From contig JAYWIR010000089.1 in assembly GCA_036172245.1 (NCBI GenBank), forward strand, positions 62,001-126,000: a stretch of DNA of 64,000 nt, given 5' to 3'. This DNA comes from Raillietiella orientalis. Lineage: Eukaryota. Made by a program: the position numbers and the translations under genes. Of this stretch, positions 31,936-42,149 are shown one piece after another. How positions within the stretch are numbered: the first letter of the stretch is position 1; every line of letters starts with the position of its first letter. The notes under the pieces are model-generated. The model did no database searches. It worked only from the letters and a program-made list of their open reading frames with translations, and had not been told where the DNA came from.

Positions 31936-33869
31936 TTGGATTTCGATGGCAACACGAAAGTGCACTAAACCCTTGGGTAACCGGGGAGCTCATGCCCAAA
32001 CTACACAGACACGAGCCTGATTCTGGAAACGGTTCCGAATGATCCTCAGAGCCCGAAGCAATAATCCTCGACTATGAAGACAGAGGACGGGAGTGGTCTT
32101 GCTCCCCACTCTGCCTTGCTCCCGGATGATCCCGGACGCGGCGAGGAACGCGCCGCCATATCCGCAGCAGTGATGCGCGGGCTCGCATCCTCTCGCCCGT
32201 CACCGAGAGGACTATTGTCCATGCCATGCCCATTCAGCCAGAATAATGCAGGCAGCCTCATGACTCCATGATGGCCGTGGCATCCCACTCTTAGACTGGA
32301 ATGGAATTTTTTCGACCACCTGTCTCCACCTCACAGGCAAGATCTGATTATCCAGGTTGTGTCGAGACGGCAGTGAGCACCACCAGTGCACCCGGATTAC
32401 GTGATCACCATCAAACCAAAAGGTCAAAGGAAAAGGCGCGTGCCTCCTCGAATCCGCAGGTTTGATTGCATCCGATGCGTCACTAGACAAACACGTGCGA
32501 ATGGACCCAAAACTCGTCCTGAGCCCCAACAAGCCATACCAACAGCCAGAATGCTCTGCAAACTGCCTGAGCTCAGCACGCAGAGCAGAATGGACTCACA
32601 CATCTCGAAGTACCTTCTCACTCGGTGCTGTCGGAGGATGACGTGCTGACTGTCTACTTCCCAAGTGCCATCAGCATGCAGATGGCCCTTCTCTGCCATA
32701 TAATACAAACGCGTCCTAGGATCGCTACAGCAGCACATTCAGACCACACACTGGATTCAGATCGAGGGAACTTACTTTATCTGTAGGCCATGCAGGAAGC
32801 CCATAAATTCTCTTTGCCGTCATCATTGAGGCCCAAGACCTCTTCGACCCTTTGCCGTGCCTCCAATTTTCTGCCCAGCTCTCAGCTGCGGCCAACGCTT
32901 CCATAACCAGAAGGCACTTTCGAACAACCGTAGGTGGCCTGATGCGCTGGTCAGACAGCAACAACATGTGTGGCAGCATGTGTGGCAGCCAGCCAACGAT
33001 GCCCCCCCCCCGCTGATATAACCACGTGGCTTTGGTCAGACTCCTGTCAGGACGGCGGGCGCGTCCAGCCGCGGCCTTGCACAGGTAGGCCAGCAGACCC
33101 ATGGGGAAGGCAGAGAGATGCTCCAGACACGGCTCTGATACCACGATCGGCGCATACGCAGCCGCCTGTCGCGCTGACCCCGCCTTGCCTCTTGAGCAGA
33201 AGTGATACAGATAGTGCGAGCATGTAGCCGCCAAATGCACGATGCTAACCATCCACAGGATATGCGTACGTGTCCTCCACCCTCGGAGTGAAGAATCTAA
33301 ACAGAGGCAAAGACCACCTTCCGTCCGTGGGTCCAGATTCGCCCTGTGCTCCTGGCTTCACTGGAACGCGGTTATAGGTCCGCATCAAAAGGAATTTCTC
33401 CTCTTTGACAGAGTGCCAGAGCATAACTTCATGCTCGCTCAACCTCATTGACTATGGCCGGAGGCAGCATCGCACACTGTGCGGCGTGCATAAATTTAGA
33501 GGATGCCTTCGCCTGGATTCCCTCAAAGATGCTCGACTCAGAGGAGATCATATCCGCGGTTACAATCAATGGCATCGTTCCCGGACACAGCTTCCCGAGC
33601 GGTGGCTCAATCGGAAACGAAGTTCTACGAAGCGACTCCTGAACGCGGAGTCGCAGCAGGCTCCAAGGACGTGAGTGGTGCGCGCCATCACCATCCTGGA
33701 AAACAGCATCTGGATTGCCCAGTCAGCAACGTGCTCAGCTCCAGGAAAGCAGCGAGGTTGAACCCGCAGGGTGTTGCGCTCTCGCGCAGCTTCCGATTGG
33801 GCCAAGTGTCTCAGCCCTGTAGCGAGCCGCGACTTGAGCAGGAGGGGTCTTTGCCGGTGCCTCCCCGAA

Positions 33870-36330
33870 GAAGCTAAGCGGTAGAAGAAGAGCGCAGTGC
33901 CAGACGATGGTCCCATACTGCGGGAGGAAAACAACACCAGGAACAGCCACATCGCCAACGACCACGATCTCACGTCCACGTTCGTCCCCCCGTCTCCTGA
34001 GAAAGGCGCAGGGGACGAGGTGAAAGCAGAGGCGCTAGCTTCCAAGCCAAGCACCAAGAAGGAGAAGTCTGTCCTCCAGGCCAAATTGACTCGGTTAGCC
34101 ATACAGATCGGTTACGCAGGTTCCATCATCGCCATGGTCATGGTTGTTGTTCTGATAGTGCACTTTTGCATCACCACGTTCATTTTGGAACAGAAGAAGT
34201 GGGATGCATATTATTTCAGTCACTTTGTTAAGTTTTTCATTGTTGGAGTGACTGTTTTCGTTGTTGCCGTGCTCTAGCGTCTGCCTCTGGCCGTTACATT
34301 ATCTCTTGCCTACTCAGTTAAGGAAATGATGAAAGACACCAATCTAGTCAGGCGCCTGGATGCGTGCGAAACAATGGGGAATGCCACTGCGACCTGTTCC
34401 GAAAAGACCGGCACCTTGACCACGAACAGGATGACTGTCGTCCAGCCGTCCATCGGTGGGCACTTCTGGAAGAACACCGTGCCGGGTCCGGACTCCGTGC
34501 CGGCCGGCCACCTGAACGTCATCGTCAACGCCATCCCCATCAACTGCGCCTACGCGTCGCTCGTATTGTGGGCTGCAGCCAGCAGACGGGCCCTTGGATC
34601 TGCCGAAGCAGATCGGGAACAAGACGGAGAGCACTGGGGTTCGTGCTGACCGCAGCTACGAGGAGGTGCGCTCCCGGTGGCCGGAGGAAAAGCTATACAA
34701 GGTGTGTATACCTTCAACTTCGTGCGCAAATCGATGAGCGCCGTGATCAAACTGCTGGACGGGAGCTTCCAGGTGTTCATGAAGGGGGCGTCGGAGATCG
34801 TCATGAAGAAGTGCTCCTACGTGCTGTGGGAGAATGCTGTGGTGGAAGAGTTGTCTGCCAGTATCCAAGCTAAGTTCGTGAACGAGGTGATCGAGCCCAT
34901 GGCGAGCGACGGGCTCCGCACCATCTCTTTGGCCTATAAAGAGTACGTTCCCGGGAAGCAGCCAACGCATTAAGTGCATTAGGATTCCGAACCGGACTGG
35001 GACAACGAAGACAGTGTGGTGTGCGGGATGACGTGCATATGCATCCTCGGCATTGAAGATTCCGTGCAGCTCCAGGTCCCCGAGGCAATATGCCTCTGCC
35101 GGAAGGCGGGCATCACCGTGCGCATGGTGACGAGGGACAACGTGAACACAGAGCGCAGCATCGCCATCAAGTGCGGGATCCTGAAGCCGGAGGACAACCA
35201 TCTGGTTCTCGAAGGGAAGGAGTTCAACTCGATCATCCGCGACTCGACGGGCCAGGTGCAGCAGGAGCTTTCGAAAGGTGTGGCCGTACCTGCGCGTCCT
35301 GGCACGCTCCTCCCCTTCCGACAAGTACGTCCTGGTGAAGGGCATCATAGAGAGCAAGCTGGACGCGAACCGGGAGGTGGTCGCCGTCACCGGCGATGGG
35401 ACAAACGACGGACCGGCTCTGAAGATAGCGGACGTCGGTTTCGGGATGGGCACCCAGAATACCGACGTCGCGAAGGAGGCTTCAGACATCATCTTGACGG
35501 ACGACAACTTCTCCAGCATCGTGAAGGCCGTCATGTGGGGACTCAACGTGTACGACAGCATCGTCAAGTTCCTGCAGTTTCAGCTGACCGTCAACGTAGC
35601 CGCTGTGACCGTGGCATTCGTGGAAACGTGTGCGATCGAAGACAGCCCACTCAAAGCTGTCCAAATGCTTTGGGTTAATCTCATAATGGACACGCTGGCA
35701 TCTCTGGCGTTGGCTACAGAAATGCCAACGTCCGAACTGCTTCTGCGCAGACCTTATGGGAGTACCAAACCGCTTATTTCACGTACTTTGATGAAAAACA
35801 TTTTAGGGCAAGCCGTATACCAACTTATCATTTTTTTACTCTTGCCCCTCGGACCTGCTTTCTTTGACATTGACTCGGGTCTGTATGCGCCCATCTACTC
35901 GCCTAGAGAGCACTTCACCATCAGCTTCAACACGTTCGTCATGATGACCCTGTTCAACGAGATCAACGCTAGGAAGATACATGGCCAGCGCATGGCCAGG
36001 CATCTTCAGCAATACTATCTATTACTCCATCTGGATCGGCACCACAGCTTCTCAGATCATAATCGTGCAGTTCGGAGGACGCGTCTTCTCCACGGCAGCC
36101 CTCACTCTCGATCCGTGGCTGTGGTGCATCTTTTTCGGAGTGGGCCCAGCTGATCACGTGCATTCCGACGAAGAAGATCCCCAAGAAGCAAGCGATCGGA
36201 CGCGGGCTGCCTGAGGAGTCCGAGTCCTTGCTGCTGGACGATGGCATGTGGATGCTCAAGAGATCGACATGCGCAAGAGATCGACAGGCAAGATTCTCTG
36301 GATCCGTGGCCTGACTCGGTTGCAAACTTA
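33870..36330 (+). pseudogene. PMCA: Intronless (processed) pseudogene of plasma-membrane Ca2+-ATPase (P2B-type, PMCA)
   Basis: [40 protein letters not shown] (PEGL disrupted, TAG at 34275); [14 protein letters not shown] (catalytic D changed to E); [53 protein letters not shown]; CaM-binding ILWIRGLTRLQT* near 36290-36330. Several stops and frameshifts, no introns seen, 5'-truncated. Confidence 0.93.
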
Positions 36331-36692
36331 GGTCGCAGGCCAAATTTCCAAGGATGCTGCTCGCTCCTTCATAAACGGAGTTTTTCACAATCCGAGGGAA
36401 CTTCATCCGCCATTCCTTTTCACTGTCCAGTCGTTCAGAACTGCTCTCTGCCTGCCATCCGGAAAATGCATCCGGAACGGTTTCCAGCAAAATGCTGTGC
36501 GTTCTGTAAAGAAGCATCTTTCAAAGAGTTAGTAGTCAAACGGTCCTGCAGAGCTATGGAGGCATCGACCCTTTAGCCAATTATGCTCGCCGTACGACTT
36601 CCTCAGCTTTAGGACGGCGGTGCCTTTGCTGAACACCAAATGGTCCCGCTCTGAAATTGTGCTCGTTTTTGGTGGCTCAAGATTGTTGAAAT

Positions 36693-37095
36693 ATGGCTCG
36701 TACAAAGCAAACTGCTCGTAAGATTACTGGGGGTAAGGTGCCGAGGAAACGGCTAGCAACGGGGCAAGGCTCGCAAGAGTGCTCCAGCTATGGGAGGTGT
36801 TCAGAAGCCTCATCGTCACCGACCAGGCACTGTTGCCTCGCGATTGCTTTGTCGTTACCAGAAGAGCACTCAGCTACTGATCCGCCGATTGCCTTTCCAA
36901 CGTCTAGTGAGTGGAATAGCCCAAGACTTCGGAAAAAGTTTTTTGTTACGAAAGCTCGGCAGTGTCGGCGCTGCAAGAGCTTGAAAAGCCTATTTGGCCG
37001 GCATCTTTCGAAATAATAACCTATGCGCCAACCATGCCAAACTTGTAACTGTCATGGCAAGAGACGCCCAGCTGTCTTGTGGTGTCCACGGTTGA
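36693..37095 (+). pseudogene. H3: Histone H3 pseudogene (canonical H3-type)
   Basis: [23 protein letters not shown] / [47 protein letters not shown] / SSAVSALQE / AYLAGIFRNNNLCANHAKLVTVMARDAQL. Three frameshifts (about 36762, 36950, 36985) and many substitutions. Confidence 0.93.
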
Positions 37096-39600
37096 GTGAG
37101 CTCAAGTTGCCACGCAACTAAACACCAACCCGTTGTAGTCTTCTTGCACGGGGACCGCAACATCGATGATGGAAGCTTCGTTTCCGCATACGCGTCCGGG
37201 GTGGCTCCGTGCAAACGCAACTGGTCTTTCAGAATCCCGACATACGTGCTTCCATTTCGAGTTTACTGGAGGTCCGCAATGTCAGCAGGATGGCCAGAGG
37301 TGCGCAGATGATATCTGGTGATCATAGCCGATCTGCAGAGACGACGGACGTGTCTTTCATGGGTAGGCATCGACACAGTCTGCCCGTTCTGCCCGTTTTT
37401 AGCAAGCTGTTCGCGGTCAGTTGTTGTTAACCACTTCACATTCTGTACTTTTTTTCATGCCAGACCAAATTCATTCGTACTGGTGCCAAAACGATCCCGA
37501 AATATGGAATGATGGAGCTATAAGCAGATTTTTCAAGACGTGAAACGATATCTTAATAGAATTCAAAGACCTAATGTGTAAAATTTTCGGGTCTGTGCAC
37601 TTAAATGGTTCACATTCGTTTCTCCTGAGGGTGTGTGAAAACTACAACTATTCGACACGAAATGGGATGTCTTTATACACCCTGCAGGGTGCTAGCGCAA
37701 CCTTGGCAAACTTGCAGTTCCGGACCTTCGGGAAGGTTGGCTACTTAAAGGAATTTCGGCCGCCGCGCCGCATCTCGTGGCTGGTGGCGTCGCGGGCTCC
37801 ACAAACGACTGTGTGGTTTCCAGCGGTTCGTACGCATGTGAAGCATCTGGCGTAATGGTGGATCGTGACAAACCTCTCGACGGGAGTGTGTGGACAATCT
37901 GTGTGGCTTGCGCAATGAATATGTGTGGGGGTTGTGTGTAGTGACTCTGTTTGGGGGACAACCTTGCGTTCTTCAAGACTCCGATTCCTCGGGTTGAGAA
38001 CCTTTTTTGCCAAACGACGCTAAGAGTGGGTACTGGCGTCAAGAATACGCGCTATAATGGCTGAATTACGATGCCGTTGACGTTATGGTGCTGCCTATCC
38101 GCACTCTCTTGGCTCAAGGTGTGCCCGTTGTCGATCAGGTCGACGCCTCGTTTCGTGCCACACACTGAAACTTCCGTGATTCTCAGACGTGCCTGGTTGA
38201 GTATGGCGACGGCGGACAAACGCTGGGCGCGTTCTGCAGTTCCATCGGACTGATTGGGTGGTCAAATGACGGTATGCCTTCAGCTACTCTGTCGTTACGG
38301 GTAAACTCGAAATCCCATCATCGCAAGAGTTGCCGAGACACGTGCGACGGATCATCGGAGGTGACAAACGAATTCCGTTTCGTCGAAAGGCGGGGCTCCC
38401 GCAGTCGCCAGCAGTTATCGATGTAGACGGTTCCACGGAATGAACGTGACGCCAGACAACTCTCAGTTCGATTTTAAGATAGAAATGGACATCTGATGCA
38501 GCAAACAAGCTCTCGACAGGGTTCTAGACTCAGAGCAGTGACGGCGCGTACACTGAGACGAAAGCCGACAACTCTTAAGAAGCACCCTGGCGATTGCTTT
38601 CCTAATAGTTAATCCGCAGGTGCTGCCGTGGTAAACGCAGTGTATGTATGGCTCGCACAGGAAGCAGCAGAGCCAGCTATTCGCTTGAAAGCTTAATCAG
38701 CAGGAATGAAGCAGTGTCCTTCCCCGGTATAATCGCGTGCAGCTTTGGGTCTGTGACTGCTTCGAAAGGAAAGAGCTAGTAAAAGAAGTGCCACCACGAA
38801 TGTTTCCTGCGTATTGAGTGTATCAGGATGGTTCAAATGTTGCGGTTGTCAATGCTAAGAAATCTGAATTTCATTCCATCTCATTTTTCTCAGTGGCGCT
38901 TTATTCGGGCCTTGTAATGACCTTGAAAGAAAAAACTGCACGCATGAAACGTCCTTGCGGAGCTTGAGGACGCGTCCCGCTCGCAAATGCGTTGTGACCT
39001 CACTGTCTATAAAACTATAGACTGGCTTCTGGAATGGTCAAGCGATAGCTTCGCTTCGCTCGCTTTGCTAGCTATGTGGTTTTGCCGATGTGTGAAACGC
39101 CTTTTAAATTTACACTGCGATGTGTGTTCGACAGTGTACGAGGGGATGCACAAAGTTTCCGCTGGACTGGTCACGGCGTTCTTCCTTGCAGTGCCTTGCT
39201 TAATCGATTCCAAAGTGCATTCCATGAGAACACATGCAGTGAACTCTTGATGTGATGGTCCGGCCCTGTTTCCAGGTTGACCGGTGATAAGCAAGAGCAC
39301 CCGTAACCTCTGCACTTGGCACTACCTGCTCGGCTATCGCCGTTTCCTGCTTCCTGCTATCTCTAATGCTGCCCTTTACGGTTCTCACCACCAGCGCCTT
39401 CCTCGAATTGAGCTTCACTAAAATTCCTCGTAGGACTGTATCACCGCGGGCAGTGCACGTTCGCTTTCATGGAGGGTGAGTGCCAGCCTGTGGCGCCAAC
39501 CCGAATGCGGAATCTTCCTTAGGATTTTCGAGACACTCTGTGGGTGATACGCGAAAATGCGGTGTCGACGATATGTCCTTGAATTCAAAAACCCTTCTAT

Positions 39601-39624
39601 GTGTTGCTTTCCTTTTTCTTCCAG
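39601..39624 (+). promoter_or_regulatory. Strong 3' splice (or trans-splice) acceptor 34 nt upstream of the 361-aa ORF
   Basis: GCTTTCCTTTTTCTTCCAG| ending at 39624; ATG at 39659 is preceded by an in-frame TAA at 39635. Confidence 0.5.
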
Positions 39625-39658
39625 AGATCGAAGGTAACTCGCCTCCGTTAATCTGGAT

Positions 39659-40744
39659 ATGAATAATTTGAACGAGGATGGCATTCCAGTGTGGGCAGCC
39701 TCTGGGTTCTGCGAAGCAGACAAACTACCCATACTGAAAGGGGAAAATATAACGTCCGCGGACATATGCGAGAACGCATTGCTGTGGGCTCTGTCCAGAA
39801 CGAAGCACAGAGGCATCGCTCGAAATGTATTCGTCAACGGGATTCAAGTGATGCTTTCATATGGGTTCGTGAGAACCAGGAAGCGAGGGGACGTCCAAGT
39901 CCCTGACGGAGAGTGGAGATTCACGGAGGAAGCGCTGCCGCTTTCGATTGAAATCAGGAAGGAAATCGAAGACATCGTGCACATAGACATGCTCAAGAAA
40001 GCCGAGCAATTATTGATTTCCACCAAGGCGTCTTTCTGGCTCACGAATCTCCACGTGGAAAACACCGCCAAAGGTCAGGGTTACCCCAGACAGGTCATCA
40101 AGAAGTACTGGCCCCACGCTGATTTCGATAGCCTGGCTGCAGTTGCTTTTGAACTGGGGCACTACACGAGCACTCTTTACATTTTATCCTTAGCTGGATA
40201 TGAGGGTTTGCAAAAGACCTTCCAAGTGGAAGGACTGACTCCCGAGCTGCGATCACTGACCTATAATAACATTCTGCAATTCGTATGCGATCCCGCCGGA
40301 ACAGAAAAGCACTCACTATGCTTCCAAGTGTACCAAAGGCTGCTGTGTTGCCGACTGGCCAAGTTCTGCCCCAACCTGATCAACATGAAGGAGCTGCCTG
40401 AGACGCTGAGAAAAATCCGCGAAAATCGTCCTTCCTACCACCTGAGCGCCCAGTATCTCACCGGGAGACCGCGAGAAAACTTCAATGACAATGACGCCGA
40501 CGCGTTCATGGGGAGGCTCGGCTGCTTCATCTACAGCGTCCACCCTCACTCGATCCCGGCGCGATCGCCTCTTTTCCAACGGCAGGAAGTGCAGGCGAAG
40601 AGCGATTACAGTCCTGAGTGGGAGAAGATCTGCTACGTGTTTGCTCATCAATTCGTCAGCATCCTAGAGGGAGTGGTCACGCCCATTATAACCGATGAAG
40701 AGGTGCGAGCTCTTCGAGATGGGCTAGCGGAGAGCTACGTTTGA
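39659..40744 (+). CDS. Intact intronless 361-aa ORF; putative endogenous qinvirus-like (negative-strand RNA virus) nucleocapsid protein
   Basis: Longest uninterrupted non-TE ORF in the window. The ordered motifs TKASFWLTNLH..QGY, GHYTST, PAGT, YHLSAQYLTG, GRLGCF and RSPLF match my recollection of Qinviridae segment-2 proteins. Confidence in the ORF is high; the viral assignment is moderate. Confidence 0.65.
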   Translation: MNNLNEDGIPVWAASGFCEADKLPILKGENITSADICENALLWALSRTKHRGIARNVFVNGIQVMLSYGFVRTRKRGDVQVPDGEWRFTEEALPLSIEIRKEIEDIVHIDMLKKAEQLLISTKASFWLTNLHVENTAKGQGYPRQVIKKYWPHADFDSLAAVAFELGHYTSTLYILSLAGYEGLQKTFQVEGLTPELRSLTYNNILQFVCDPAGTEKHSLCFQVYQRLLCCRLAKFCPNLINMKELPETLRKIRENRPSYHLSAQYLTGRPRENFNDNDADAFMGRLGCFIYSVHPHSIPARSPLFQRQEVQAKSDYSPEWEKICYVFAHQFVSILEGVVTPIITDEEVRALRDGLAESYV

Positions 40745-42149
40745 CTGTTTCCAACGAAAAATACCTGCGATCACCCTCCGAGATTCTGTGCTCCAGAGAC
40801 CGAAAGAGCGCTTCCCTGAAGAAGCAGAACTCGCAACTTCTCAAACGTCTTCATTAGCATCTTCAATGCCTCCTAGAACGTCTTGTAAATACACTCGTGC
40901 AAAGAAAATTTGTTTGGTTTCCAGCAAAAAATACCATACAATGCAAAGTGCCGTGGTTTCGGCTTCCCGAAGACTCTTCTGCTCGGGAAGAAGCGAAATC
41001 AGGGATTGTCTACTCCCTCGCTGGAGGTAGTAAGGCTGCGTATCACCCGGTAGCGCATGAACGTATATTCCAAAAAGGAACAGACCATCTGGGAAGCAAG
41101 TTCTTGCATTAGGGGGCAAGAAGCTCGAGGAGAGGGCTCCCAGACACGTAGGTCAGGCACTCCGGAACGGGAGTAAAAAATCAGATAAATATCATGAAAA
41201 CATACAAAATAGATATGGGAGGGAGGATTGGAAACAGATTGGAAATCTTCGACTTCGGGTGTTCTATCATTTTAGAACCGGCGTTGGATGCTAGCGATCT
41301 CCTTCCTGACTTCGTTGAGATGAGAACATCCGTTCCCATGTTGGCGTCAGCAATCCTTATGAGCTCTCTGGAGATAGTTCGCGATTGCAACAGCAGGTGG
41401 TGGGCCATGACGACGGCATGGATGCAACTGATCGCAGTAATGACCGCACCTAGAAATACGCAGCTACTCGTTTAGAAGAGGCGCATGACGTCGATAGCGG
41501 TGTCAACCAAATGCAGGAACTCTAAAGGCAACCTTCGCCAAATTGCTTAGAGGACACCGCAGTCGACGAGCAGGTGCGGGAACAGTTCGACGACGGCGCG
41601 CTTTTTACCTTCGAAGAGGCAACTCCCCCGGAAACAGGGTCGGCGCGCTGGTGGCAATGGAAAACCAGTGTTTCCACGGTCTCAGCTCATGGCAAAGGAA
41701 GTTTCAGGGTTCGATCCTCATTTGAATTCTCATTTGATCCGCAGGGGCGGCTACTTTATATAAGAATAAACAATCATCACCTCTATGGATGGACAGCTGG
41801 TCCAGTGATGTGACATTTAATAAGAGCCTACCGGCTTACCGGAACGCAGACCGGTGTGAACCGCCTCGGAAACAAAAGGGAACGCAGAAACAAGAACTAA
41901 CCCCTCACTCCACAAAAAAAAAACTCTGGATGGGAAAACTGCGGCGAGGCACCACCTCCATCTGGATGCGGTCCTTTTCATCCTCCCGAGGATGCTGGCA
42001 ACGTCTCGTTGGCTGTTTTGTGCATCCTGTTCTATCCTCTTTCAGGAAGTGGAAGGAAAAGTGGATGGCGGCATCCCTGGTCCTCCTCTTACATGGCTGC
42101 ACGCCGCTACTATCCCGCATAGGCAGCAGAAGACTGCTAACCAAAGAAC

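Noticed and set aside
32725..33252. Minus-strand ORF with WP....SSLDLNPV resembling Tc1/mariner WPxxSPDLNP
   Set aside because: Spacing is wrong and no other DDE motifs or TIRs were found.
41181..41813. Short ORFs downstream of the viral-like ORF as a second viral gene
   Set aside because: No recognisable RdRp or glycoprotein motifs; short and interrupted.
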